Below are positions 14,101 through 27,262 of a stretch of DNA of 64,000 nt, piece after piece. Position 1 is the stretch's first letter, and every line of letters begins with the position of its first letter. Made by a program: the position numbers and the translations under genes. Source of the DNA: Adineta vaga (lineage: Eukaryota > Animalia > Rotifera); NCBI GenBank assembly GCA_021613535.1, contig CP075494.1, forward strand, positions 10,726,001-10,790,000. The letters are read 5' to 3'. Under the pieces are notes generated by a model that worked only from the letters and a program-made list of their open reading frames with translations, was not told where the DNA came from and did no database searches.

Positions 14101-16176
14101 AAGAATATTCAACTGTAATCCGTATAACTAATGATATAGAAATTACAACAAGTACTGGTATGTTTTTGATATAAAATAATGAATAGACACATCATTTATG
14201 AAGTTCTATCAAAAAAATCTGATGCTTTTATAGATACAAGTTCATCTTTTACAAGGACCACAGATATAACAGATAAAAGTTAGTTTTTAGTTAATTTGAT
14301 TAGCTGTCTAAGGATAATTATGTAGATTCTACGGGAACAATACAAAAAACTGCTTTAACAACAATTGAAACAACAGTAAATCAAGAGATTTCATCTAAAT
14401 CAATGATCGGTAAGTTTTCTTATTTAAATAAAAGTTGAATCAACAGTAGATAGCAAATGTTAAATGATGTTCTATCTCAATTAATAGATTCAACAGTGTT
14501 GTCAACGGTGGAAATATTCACAGATAAAACAGATGCTGGTTTGAATATGTTTTTGTGCAATATATATTTTTCTTCACACAATATTGTTTAGTGTCGACCC
14601 AAATAACGGAAAGTTATAATACGATAACTATAGAAACCTCATCAGTTCTACAATCGACAGAAATTTCAGGTGAGTGTAAGCAAGAAACAATCAACCCCAC
14701 TGATTCCATTTCATAGACGCCAACATATCATCGACAATGATAACATCACTCGGTAAGTTTGAAGCTAAAAAAAGCAAAATCAGAAATATAAATAGCTCTT
14801 TTCCACAAAAGCATATCAGATAGTAGGTTTCACATCATTCTAATTTATAGATTCTGTTGTCTCATCATCATCAAAGACAACAACGTCAACAACGTCAACA
14901 ACGTCAACAACATCAACAACGTCAACAACATCAACAACGTCAACAACGTCCACGTCAACAACGTCAACAACGTCAACAACATCAACAACGTCAACAACGT
15001 CAACAACATCAACAACGTCAACGTCAACAACGTCAACAACGTCAACAACAACAACGTCAACATCGTCATCAACAACGGCATCAGTTGTCTACAGTTAGTT
15101 TTATTATTAGCAAACTCTCATCAAATTCATTTGTGATTCTATTTTATAGATTCAACTACGTTGTTTCCGTTAACAGCAACAGTGAACCAATCCATACCAA
15201 GTTAGTTATCTCATATTTTCCTCGAGTATCTATCAATCATACATTGCTTTAGCTTCGCTTCATTGAATATCACCCTTACTCACACCCACATCCTAAGTAA
15301 TAGTACTAACTCAATTCTTTTCTCTCATTAAATGACCTATTTTATGAATTCATCGATCACATATTTTCTTATTATGGACACGGGGGGATGTATATATTTA
15401 TTTGATTCTAGTTTCATCAATTGCTAGTTTCATTCCACCAACGTGCAATTCTTCGTCTATGATTGGTACATTGTGCAATATCTCTAGTGCTCCTTGCGAC
15501 GCTCTCAATCCATGTCAAAATTCAGGCAATTGTATTAATAGCAATAATTATGCAGGTGGTTACAGTTGCATGTGTTCTGCTGGCTTCAGTGGAGCTCGAT
15601 GCGAATTTGACATTCGCGCATGTAAACCAGATACCTGTTGGAATAATGGTACGTTTTAAAGAATATGGTTGCCTTTAAAAATGAAATAGACTTTTGTCTA
15701 ATATAGGTAGCTGTACTACTAATAACTCTCAAAATACTTTCGTATGCGAATGCAAAGCGGGATGGGCAAGTATTCATTGTGAAACTATTGTGAATCATTG
15801 TTTAAATGTGACATGTCAAAACCAAGGTATATGTCGACCATTACATCAGGATTATGAATGTGAATGTTTACGTGACAAGTATTCGGGTCGTCACTGTGAG
15901 ATCATTTACGGTGGTTTAATTGTTCGAAGGATCCTTGCGAAATCAATTGGTTATATTTCTCTTTTATGTCTTATTGCAACAGCATCATTTATTGTTATCT
16001 TAGATATATTACGCTATTGTTTTGACATTGATCCAGTTCTTGCTGAACGTGAACGCATGCAACGTAAGAAAGCACTTAAGACAAAGAAAAAATCCCGTGC
16101 TACTACCCATGTGCAATACGTAAATAAAAAACCAACACAACCGAAGAAACTGGAAACAATCGTAGAAGATGTTTAA
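11157..16176 (+). CDS. Receptor B: signal peptide, NHL beta-propeller, about 538-aa mucin stalk from 24 micro-exons, 3 EGF-like domains, TM helix, basic tail
   Basis: Exon 1 reads MVKTILFIVLILSVDCHF. NHL exon 11281-12156. 24 in-frame phase-1 exons between 12253 and 15200. EGF exons from 15412. TM SIGYISLLCLIATASFIVIL. Stop at 16174-16176. Confidence 0.85.
14872..15076 (+). repeat. Coding tandem repeat (ACAAC[GA]TCA)n encoding (Thr-Thr-Ser)n inside stalk exon 14851-15093
   Basis: The 9-nt unit is directly visible. Splice phase puts it in the TTS frame, not the poly-QR or poly-LT frames of the ORF track. Confidence 0.9.
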
Positions 16177-16353
16177 GGATATGAAAAAAGAAAGAAAACT
16201 TATATTGTTTTAGTTGTTGTCATTGTTTTATTTTCTCCGCGAATTCGAAACCAATCTGTTGCTTATGTGATTTGAAATTGAAATTAAACAAAAATCATTT
16301 TAAACTATAAAAATTGATTTATTCAAAAATCAAAAGATAAAAAATATAAAAAT

Positions 16354-19300
16354 TTAAGTTTTAGCACTTTTTATTCGTAACATTCTAACTGATGTCGAAG
16401 GGGGTTGTGTTGTTACACCTAAATTTGTAAGAAGCTCTTCTGTTAATGGCGTTATTTTTTCAATATGTACATTCGCAGTTTGTGGTCGTTTCATTGACGA
16501 TGTTGTTTGAAGACGTGAACGTGTATTCGTCAAACGTTGTCGATCACGTAGATACATAGAATTCGATGTCATCGGACGATTACGTGTCAAAAGAATTTGA
16601 TAAGGTGTTACTGGTCGTGCTGATGTTACTGTTCGTGAATTTTGTGTCATCATAGATGGTGATAGAAGATTATTTGTTCCATCATTTAATACAACTTGTT
16701 CAAATTCTTCTTCAATTTCATTTAAATTCGTACGTAAAGTTTCAACTTGATGAAAAGCATCAATTTTCAACGAACGTTCCTGTTCTAGTTTTTTCTTTGT
16801 TTGCATTAAATCTCGTTTGACATAAGCTTGTGCTACTTTCATCGCATGATTTTCTCGTTGAAATTCACTTGTTTTCTTTTCTAATTCATGATCTTTCATT
16901 ATCAATTGATTACTTTGTTCTTGCATCCAACGTAGTTTTGTTTCAATGATTTGATTTTGATTCAATGCTTGACGTAAATCACTAATACGTTCAATATTGG
17001 CTTTATTTTCTGTTTTACTTTCTGTTTCAAAGATTTTCTTATATTGTCCTTCATTAGTAGTTATACGTTTTCGTAAATAATTATTTGCTTTTTTCAATGC
17101 TTGAATTTCTTCGACTTGTTTCGTTGTTTTATAAACATAACGTTTTTGATGTTGATGTAATTCATATTGTAACTGTGCAATCGTTTTTTCTAATTCACTT
17201 TTATGTCGACGATATTCACGTTCAGTTTCTTCAATTCGTTCTCGTTGTATTTTTTCATCTTGATAATGTTGATCATGTAAATCTTCGATTAATTTCGTAT
17301 GTTTATTATGAAGATCATCAGCAATCATCTTTGCACTTGTTGCTAATTTTGTTCGAGCTAATTCATGTGTTTCAACACGAATTGCTTTGATTATCGCGAT
17401 CGTATTAAGAAATAATTCTGCACGATATTTTTCAAATTCTGTACGCAACTGTAGATTCGTTTCTAGTAAATCTTGAATTTTAATTTGAAAATTTTCACGA
17501 ATATGAATTAATTCTTTATCAAATCGAAGTTGTTTATCAATTTGTAGTTGGCCATTCAATGAACGAAGTTGAATAAGTTCATTAAGAAGATCAAAATAGG
17601 CAGATAAGGCGAGTAATTGAGAATCAATTTCCATTGTATATTGTTGATCTTGAAGTTGAGAACGAAGTGATTTCAATTCATTATCACGTTCAATCATTGC
17701 TTGACGAATATTATAGAGAACATTTTCATAATAACTACTATAATTCACGTAATTTTCACGTTCACGTTGCATTAGACGATTACCAGCTTCTTTTAAACAT
17801 ACTTCTAAATCACTTCGACGAATACAATAAACATCTGTTGATCGAAAGGAATTTGATGACGTGATAGTACTCTCGGTGTCTTCTAGAAAGAAACAAACAA
17901 ATAACGATTGTCTTTGAAAATATAAGAGTTTATTCTTACTAGAATTATCATTGGTAGAAGGTGAATTAGGTGTTGATTGTTCATCTTTATATTCATATTC
18001 TGATAACATTTGACTAAATTCATCTAAGATATTTGATCTTAATACCGAAAATGTTTCAGTAAATTGTTGTTTTTTCCATATATCAGTTGGAATACTACTT
18101 TCTTCTCGAAGTCGTTCAGATAAAACAATTGTTCGTTCTTTTTTCAAAACTTTTAATGTATCAGTCATCATAAATTTTCCTTCTAATTCAATTAATAATC
18201 GTATTACTAATGCATGCTTATATTCATATTCAGTTACATGTGGTGGTAATTGCCCATTGACTAGAGCAACTGGAAAATCATTATAAAAATTACTATGTCC
18301 CGTTGTTATAGACAATTGTCGTAGAATTGGACTGCGAACTTCATCACGATAACTAATAAATCCATCATCGAAGATTTTCAATGTATTTATTGCAGCAACA
18401 TTTAGTTTAGCAGTACACCAAGCATATCGAATAAGTTCAAAGCGAATACATTCAATAATGTAAAGTTCAAGATGTAAATAATTTGTTAGATATTCATCTG
18501 TAGATGCCTAAAGAGATTGATTTCATTGATTAGATAGACAACTCGCACTATACTATTTACCTCTTTTCGACGTAGAATAGTTGTTGCTAAATCATTTGTT
18601 TTCTTTGGTTTAACAATATCTTCAATATTTTTTAACATAACTTGTGTGGAAATAAATTCCGTATTGGCTAATGCTAATTCTTGTGGTTTCAAACCAATTA
18701 AACATAAATGAATGAGATCAATCAAGGCATATGTCGGCCACGAAAGTCTTTTTGCATTGATATTATATTGATATTCATGTACTGTCCATGGATAGAATTG
18801 TTTTGCAGATGCTTGAACAGGTAATAATGGTTCAGGTAAAATCGAATAGATCGGTCGATAACGATTGAAATCACTAACAAAATTTTGTAAAACCGGTAAA
18901 GAATGAGAACGAAGATTATTGAATGCCATTTGGTTTTTTCCTTTGAGAAAACAATCTGGAATAAGATATCCTATAGAAAAATAGATTTGAAAGATTGTTA
19001 AACGTCGTTTCGTTTCTAGAAGATTCGCAACATTTGATAATGATGTAGACGATAATGAATGAATTTCTTGTTGAATTTCATGTAATTCAGATGCAAATTC
19101 ACCACTTTGATCAAATGTTGATAATTCATTCGTTCGTTCACTAACTAAAACATAGAAACAAATGAGTTGCTTTATATATTTCGAGAAAAAAGAAAAATCT
19201 AATCTTTTACATCGTTGTTCCACATTAGCTACGAGTGCATTCAATTGCGCATAACCAACAAGTATATGAATGAGATCATTAAATGATGATATAATACGTA

Positions 19301-22300
19301 GAATATCTTGTAAACGTTTCTGTAATTCATTCAAATCTAATTTAAGTTCACGAAAGATATTTAATTGTTCTAAAAACGATGGAATATACCAAAGATTAGC
19401 AAGTTCGGTTCCATTTTCATTTAATAAGCTTTTCGGTCGATGTTTATAACCATTACTGGTTAATTCTTCTGCGATCACAGATGATGAAACATTTGAATCA
19501 GATTTTGAAGTTATTGCTGCTGTTGGTAGAATTACAGGTATAGGTTTTGGCCAAAGAAAATGTGATCGACTTGTTAATGGAAATTGTTGTAAAAGATGAG
19601 TTAAACTTAAATAAGCTTGAATAATTTGTAATCGTAGAAGAATTAATGTGTTTCGTTGATGAATACGATTGATGAAATCATTGAGAAGAGAACGTTTTAA
19701 TTTTTCAGCTTCACGTACTTGTTGATATTGCATTGGTTTTGAGTCACGTTGACGAATAAATTCCGTTAGCATTGCATTACGATAAGGTGTTTTTTCGAAT
19801 TGAATTGAAATAAAATAATTCTCACGAAAAAGTTTACGACGATTTGTTTCATTGAGAACATCGGTTAGAAGAGCATTCGGTTGATCAATTTGTGATTTAC
19901 CTAGATGAAAGATTAAAATCTCCTTCTCTTTTACGAAACAATTAAAAAAAAAGTTACCTGATGTTGGTCGTTTTCCACCTGATGAACTTTTTGTTTGTTC
20001 GGTATTTGTATTCAATTTCGTTGCTTTTAATTGTTGTGCAATACATATAATTGCTATTCGATGTTGTAAAATTGCTGAATAGATCAAATGATTATGCATT
20101 AATTGTAATCGTAAAACTGTTTTGAAATTATTGATTGCTTCATCTGCATCATTCATGTAAGCTAACCATTGATCTTTTTGTCGAAAATTCATTCGTCCAA
20201 TTGTACCTTCTTCTAATTCATGTATAGCAAATAATAAATGCTGTTGACCAGTTATTTTATCTAATTGACCATCAACTAATTGACTGGTAATATGATGATT
20301 ATCTGTACTGATATTTGGTAAATTTCTTGATTGTGCAAATTCAAATTGAATAAAACGTAAGGATAAATGTGATTGATCAATCGACATAGTATCCAATTGT
20401 TGTTTATAAACTGTTGTTAATAGTTCTGTTTCACTTGCCGAACGAATTAAACGATAACGCAATGTAACTAATTCAATTAGATTCGAATTTAATTTTAAGT
20501 ATTTTTCATATTGTTCTTTTTTTGTTGTTCGAGCTTCATCAACTTGTTTAAGAATTTCATAGGCTAATTTACCCATCATGGATGGATGATCACTATATAA
20601 TGTATTGAAAATATCACGCTGTTGATTAGGAGAATACATTGAACCTGGTTGAGAAAGTTTTTTATATGATGCAAAGATTTCTTCGAGATATTCAAGTTCA
20701 TAAATGAGTTTTTCTGTTAAAGATAAATTTGTTTGTCGTTGTAATTGTTCGAATTCTATTAATTCATTAAAAGAATTTTTCAATATATGTGGAAGACGTG
20801 TTAACGTTGAAAGTGATTCAATAAATTCAAAAAGATAATAACTATGCATTTTTGAAATACTTAAATAAATTGGTGGTGAAGTTTGTATTCGTGTCGATGG
20901 AAAATATGCACCATAATCGGTTGTATCAAAAAGATTTTCAGTTATTTGTCGCATATCATTTACATGACGATCGATATATTCACGAATAAGTGAAAGATAT
21001 TGTTCAAGATAACGAATTTCTAATGAATAGGAATGAGCAAAATACTCATCCGTACGAAAGTCAATTCGTGGACGACGAACACTAATATCTAGAATTGTTT
21101 GAGCAATAATATGACGTTCATCCTGATCGAATGTATGTTGATAGATTTCATAATAACAATCGATTAATTGACGTTTTAATTGAAGATAAATAAATTCATA
21201 TTCCCAAAGATTATAAAGAATTTCAAATCGATCCATTTTTTTGATAGATTCACTATCGTTTGTTGTTTTTTGAGATTTTAATGAAGCTTTCTCAAGAAAA
21301 TAGGAACCAATCGAAATGATTTCTTGTTCAAGTTCATTTAAATCATCAAATGAACAATCATAGATAATATGTATTCCACTTGGATCTTGAACATGAATAA
21401 TTGATCCATCATTTTCAATCGTTGTTTCATGAGAAAAATCTTCAATATTATCAATATGTTCTCCCGATTGCATATATTCTAATGTATCAAGTGTACATTC
21501 ATGTGGAGTATCGAATAGATATGTGTGTGGAACATAATTATTAAAACGTTGATCGATAACTTGAAGATCTTTTCCTTTAGTTGAAATTGTTAAACGTTGT
21601 TCATAGATAGTTATAGTTCGTTGTAATGAACGAAGATAATTAAATTCATTTAAACAACGATAACGAAGAGTACGAATACGAAGTAAACGAAGTATTAAAT
21701 AGGATAATTGTAAACCATACGATTCCGATGCATCATTATTTTCTGTATCATTATCACGATTTTGACCGGATGTATCATCAAGACCAAGTTTTTGTAACGT
21801 TTCAAGATAATTGAATTCATCTCGTTTCATATAATGATTTGAACGATTCGATGAATCTTGAAAATCATAAGAATCTAATTGAAACAAACAAATTATGATC
21901 TAATCTCGTATACTATTTTCGAGATAAGAGTATTTTTGATACAATTCATCGTTAACATTCGAAAAAACTTCTTTCATTATTTAGCCGCATGTAAAAAAGC
22001 AACTACAAAAGTTTACCCTCGTAGCAATTTGAAACGTTAGTTTATTCTAAAATGACCTTGAAGGTATCTATAACTAAGTAATCAATTAAACAAACATTTG
22101 CATCGACCTATTCTTCTACTTTTCATTTTGAGAAATTTTACCTTGTAAATCATCATTATCTTGATTATCTTTGCTGTTTTCATCTTCTTTATTTGTTCCA
22201 TTTTCTGAATTTAAATCAAAAATATTCTTCCAAAAGATATCACTCATTGCCACAGCTCGGGCTGAATTTGTCGTTGAAGCATCTAAAACTAATTTCGCTG

Positions 22301-23599
22301 TTGTATTCGTCTTTGCTTTTAAAGCTAAGAGATATTGTTTAAGAACATTGATTCCTTTATCGGCATTTCTTACATGTAAAAATTGAGTAATTTTCATTAA
22401 TAATTCATCATTTTTACTATTTTTTATATATTTCCAATAATCACGTTCACGTTGAGGATCACGTTCAGCTTTCAATGTAACAAAAGGTATCCATGTTGAT
22501 TTCTTGATTAATTTACAAGTTGAAGATTGTCGTGCTTGAGAAATCATTTTTGGTCTAGCAGATTCATAGAGTACGCTAACTCGTTCACGTTCTTGTTCAG
22601 AAAAAATGACTCGATAATGTCGAATAACATTCGCATATAACTCCATTTCATCTCCAGTTGTACGAATTTTTGAAGTGTCCAATGGTAATGAATAAAGACG
22701 AAAAAGTAGATTTAATCTTTCAATACTCTGTTTTTGATCCAATTCAATCGATGGTATACGAGACATAGCTGTTGTGGTTTGAAATGGTGATATTGGAGGT
22801 TGAAGATTAATTGTGAATGCTTGAGTATCTGGTGAAAAACGTGTACGAAATTTTAAATGAGAGATTCGAATTAATTCCGTTAATTGATCGAAATATTTCT
22901 GACCACGATATTGACAAACAAGAAAACGAATATAAGCAACATAATCATCATTGACAACTGCCTACAATTGAAATGTTTTCCATGAATACAAAAGATGAAT
23001 CAATGATTTACCTGATTGGTAATTTTTGAAGCTGCAACTTGTGGTAACAATAATGCTTCTCGAATAGAACTTAATCGATGTGAACGTTCAAGTGCATCAT
23101 TAAATTCTGCTAAGATTCTTGCAGATCTATCATGAAATTGTTGTTCAACTTGAGTATAATCAATTTGTTGTTGACAAAAACGTTTCCATCGTATCGTATG
23201 TAATGTTTTTGCATATGTTAATGAAGATAATCGTTTTAAATAGAATGTTTCTAAAAGTAATGGTAAAGATTCAGGTGAATAATCACTTTGCGATAATGAA
23301 CATGTATTTAATTCATCTTCGAATTCATTCGATAAAATTGGTAGATCCGGTACAGTTGGAACATGTGCAAGACGTTCTAAATATAATCGACGTTCTCGAC
23401 TATAATGTGCTGGATCTTTTGGTAAAAGATATGAACTAAATGGTCGCGTAAATGTTAAATCATGTGCAACTTCATTTTCTTCAATATCTGCTTTAATTTC
23501 ATTATATTCATGTAGAATTTGTTGTTCAGTTTTAATCAATTGATTTCTGTCTTCAATATGATCCAAATGTGAATCAAGTTCATGTGTCCATACTTGCAT
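16354..23599 (-). CDS. Very large coiled-coil protein, CCDC162/C6orf183 (DUF4549)-like, multi-exon
   Basis: Long co-oriented ORFs (229, 216, 1133 and 675 aa) joined by short introns. ESLPLLLETFYLKRL..LHTIRWKRFC resembles DUF4549. Coiled-coil C-terminus. The ATG (MQVW) follows an acceptor at about 23601. Confidence 0.7.
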
Positions 23600-24458
23600 T
23601 CTTAAGAGTATAGATATGTCTATTAACCTTGAACGTATGTTTTCTAACTTTCTCTCTACTCGTGCTTGATTTGATGTCTTGATGGACAATCAGAAAAGAA
23701 AAATTCTCCACCGTTTTTTTTTCTTTCGTTCTATTTTTTTTTGTTGCTATCATCGTTCACGATTTCTTTTTCTTCTCGTTTTCTTTTTAAACAAACGAAT
23801 AAAGCCAAAATAATAACGGAACAGTTGAGTTGATTGGAAAAGGGGAGAGAGCGGGAGAAAGAAACCGATGACGACGATGTGCATACAACCATCGTCTAGT
23901 AAACAGCATTTAGATTGTTTGAAAGATTTCTAACAAATATAACTAGACAACGACAAAAGAGAAAAATGATCGACATGGTTACTATGTATATAATAAGAAA
24001 AAAAGTATGCCATATGATTGGTTTTGAAAAACAAAACACTTCTAAGATTACATGAGACTAATTAGAACAAAGTAAAAGAAAATCAGATTTCATTATTATC
24101 GATGTTATCGATCAAATAACAGAAATGTTATTATTTCAATTCAAAACAAAAAAGACTCATAGAAAAGGAAGTGAGTCTATTTCACGAGTTTATTGAAATC
24201 AAGTTCAATACGTGATAATCAAGCTTGAATGAAGTTCATATAGAACTCAATGTCGAGACATAGACAAATATTTACAATAACTCTTCAATTTACATATGAC
24301 ATTGGATCGTCTCGTATTTCTTTCTTCATTATTCATATCTTTATTTTGCTTACAGAAAATTCAATACAAAAACAGTTAGATCGGATACATAATATACACA
24401 TGAAGGAATATCGGAACAATATAACAAGAGATAAAAGAAAAACAACATGGAGATAATA

Positions 24459-25661
24459 TTAATTCTCTTCATAGATCGGGATATTTTCGTTAAGATAGAC
24501 ACGTTTAAGGAATATAATCGGTTGAGGATATTCATGATTTCTCATTTCTTCCGTCATTTGAGTCATATTCATCGAAATTGTTTTTTTTTCACTAACGTCG
24601 TTAACTTCATTATCATCTTTCACATGTATTATTCGATTGTCGGAAATAGTCGATGAACAAGCTAAACAAACAAACAAATGTTTTTCTTTTGTAAAATATA
24701 GATGTCATTAAAATCACATACATGAATCAGAAGTTATTTCAATAATATCAGAAGAATTTGCTTCAGAAATTCGTCGATTCTGTGTATCTTTCAACATTGA
24801 TGTTCTAAATCAAATGTTCGTTTTTGTCTTACGTTGATAAAATAATTCACTTACATTTCATCATTATTTTGTTGATTTGTTCGTTGTAAAAATGAAGTTA
24901 GTACAAGTTGTTGATATTTTCGAAGACCAGCATTCATTTTAGTATTGATATCAATCGATGGAGGGAGTGCTGGTGATAATCGAGCTTGAGAACTAAAATA
25001 GGTACAGATATTTATTTGACTATAAAGTCTCATTCAAATATTCATAAGTTTTGATCTTATGTACAACTTTAGAATACGCACTCATTAGAACGATGCTGTT
25101 GATCGTTTGCTGCTATTGTTTGAGATGGTCCATTTGGTGAGAAGAATATTTCATCTTGACTACTACTATCCTTTTAAAAAGAAATGAAATAGAGTAGAAT
25201 TTTGTATAATATATTGAAAATACAAAGCTTACAGACGATAATAATGTCATTGAACGTTTTTTTCGATGACGTCGACGTTCATTCGACGACGACGATGATG
25301 ATGATGATGAAGATGAACTCGATCGACAACGATGTTTCGATTTTGATCGACAGTGACAATGTGATTTCGAACAGTTTTCCATAGATGGATGCATCATATA
25401 AACAACTTGTGTCTGTGGAATCGGTGTAATTAAGGAGGTTAAATGTTTTTGACATGTATTTATATTTGATAGATTTGGTAAAATTGAACATATTAAACAA
25501 CAAGTTCGTCTTGGAGATGATGGACTATTTTCATTACTGGATAAATCGGAACTACTGTCTGATTTTTCAATTGGATCAATTGTTGATGTATCAGTTTCTG
25601 ATTCATCCCATAGATCATCTGTTTTTTTCAAGCTATTTTTTAGTCTCGATGAACGATTCAT
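24459..25661 (-). CDS. Uncharacterised low-complexity Ser/acidic/basic protein, multi-exon
   Basis: ORFs 25113-25673, 24851-25033 and 24459-24677 are separated by GT-AG introns. Poly-Ser tract and a CLICS..CQKH cluster. No family recognised. Confidence 0.5.
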
Positions 25662-26217
25662 GATTGAAATCAATTCGTTCGTATTCGAATTCGAATTCGA
25701 ACACGATCGAAGAGATAGAATAGAAGTTAGAAGTAAGTAAGTAGTCAGACGTCTAGAGAATGGTCTATTGATTTGACCATTTATCTAATTTTTCTTTTCT
25801 CTTAGCACACAAATGCATTTGAAAAAAAGGAAGGCTTTCTAACTTGTCATCATGTTTTCATTGGTTATTAGTACTTCGTCGTTATTTCTTCTTATTTACT
25901 GTTGTCTATCTTTCATTCAAATGTATGGTATTTTCTCTCACTCCCAGGCAAAGTAGATAAGAAGTGTGCTAGTCTGAAAAAGTTCATTATCCTTCATCTT
26001 CTGTTCGAGATCTTCGATAACGAATTAGATCAGTTCAAAAGATGATTTCTCCCTCTATCTATCTATCCATTCATTAGAAACGAATTAGATTAAGTAAATC
26101 ACGTGTTTAAAATACTCGACTTGATTCAAATTTACTATGAATGAGTCATTGATGTTTTTCTCTTTTTTTCTTTTGTAGATAAGAAAGGCAAGTCGTAGAA
26201 TAAGAGTAACATCAAAA

Positions 26218-27262
26218 ATGAGTTCAAGAGGCGGAAGCGTATGTTATAAATGTAATCAAGTAAGTGTGAATGAATTGAAAAGTATTTGTTGAGTAATCTT
26301 CAATATATTTTAGCCAGGCCATTTTGCTCGTGAATGTCCCGATGGTGATGGTGGCAGCGGTAAGCAACAAATGAATAAAAATGAATAAATGAATACAACT
26401 ATTTTTATGAATTTTTATTTGTTGTAGGTGGTGGCAGTCGAGGAGGATTTAGCCGAGGTTTGAAAATGGAACAAGTTTTAAAACTTCTGGCAACAAGACG
26501 TTGAATTTATTTTCTAGGTTCGTACGGTGGTGGAAGTTCGTACGGAGGACGTGGTTCATATGGTCAGTTATTAACTAAAACTAGAGTCATTTAATACTAA
26601 GAACCAAAAGAGGAGTGAATTTAAAGCTGGATTAAAGAGAAGATCGTTTTCTTTTTTTTGAAACCATTGATTTTTATATTATAAATTTTCTTTTATTTCA
26701 GGTGGAGGTCGAGGAGGATATGGCGGCGGTGGTGGTGGTGGTGGTGGTGGCGGCGGCTCATACGATAGATCAGGTGGCCGTTGGTAATAACCAAATCTAT
26801 GCATTAAGAGAGGAAGGTTCAAATTTTTTGTCTTAGTTATCGTTGTAACCAATCTGGTCATATGGCTCGTGATTGTCCATCAGATAGTAGTCAAAGTGTT
26901 TGCTATAACTGCAATCAACCTGGTTTGTTAATCGATGATTTATTATTTTAATACAAAGTTTCTTTTGATTTTTCGTTTAGGTCATATAAGTCGTGATTGT
27001 ACTGAACCACGCTCAAGCAATTTCGGTAGTGGCGGTGGTGGTGGTGGTTTCCGTGGTGGCCGTGGTACGTCTATATATAACTCCTTTTTTTTTCTTAACA
27101 ATATAATTGTTTCTTTTTTGTTTTGAAGGCGGTGGCGGTGGCGGTGGTGGTGGCGGTGGCAACTGCTATCGATGCTCTAAACCCGGTCATTTCGCACGAG
27201 ATTGTACTGAACCAGATACACGTGGTAGTTCCAATCAACAAGCTGGTGACGATGATCATTAG
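26218..27262 (+). CDS. CNBP/GIS2-like Gly/RGG-rich protein with four CCHC zinc knuckles, multi-exon
   Basis: Spliced translation gives [42 protein letters not shown] and [14 protein letters not shown] separated by GGG/RGG linkers. ATG 26218, TAG 27260-27262. Confidence 0.85.

Noticed and set aside
14845-15252. Poly-QR (plus) and poly-LT (minus) ORFs in the ORF track
   Set aside because: They are alternative frames of the (TTS)n stalk exon; splice phase fixes the Thr/Ser frame.
17085-17864. Plus-strand ORFs inside the CCDC162-like gene
   Set aside because: Antisense ORFs created by the codon bias of the long minus-strand CDS.
26679-26861. Poly-proline ORF on the minus strand
   Set aside because: Antisense shadow of the Gly-rich GGT/GGC exon of the CCHC gene.
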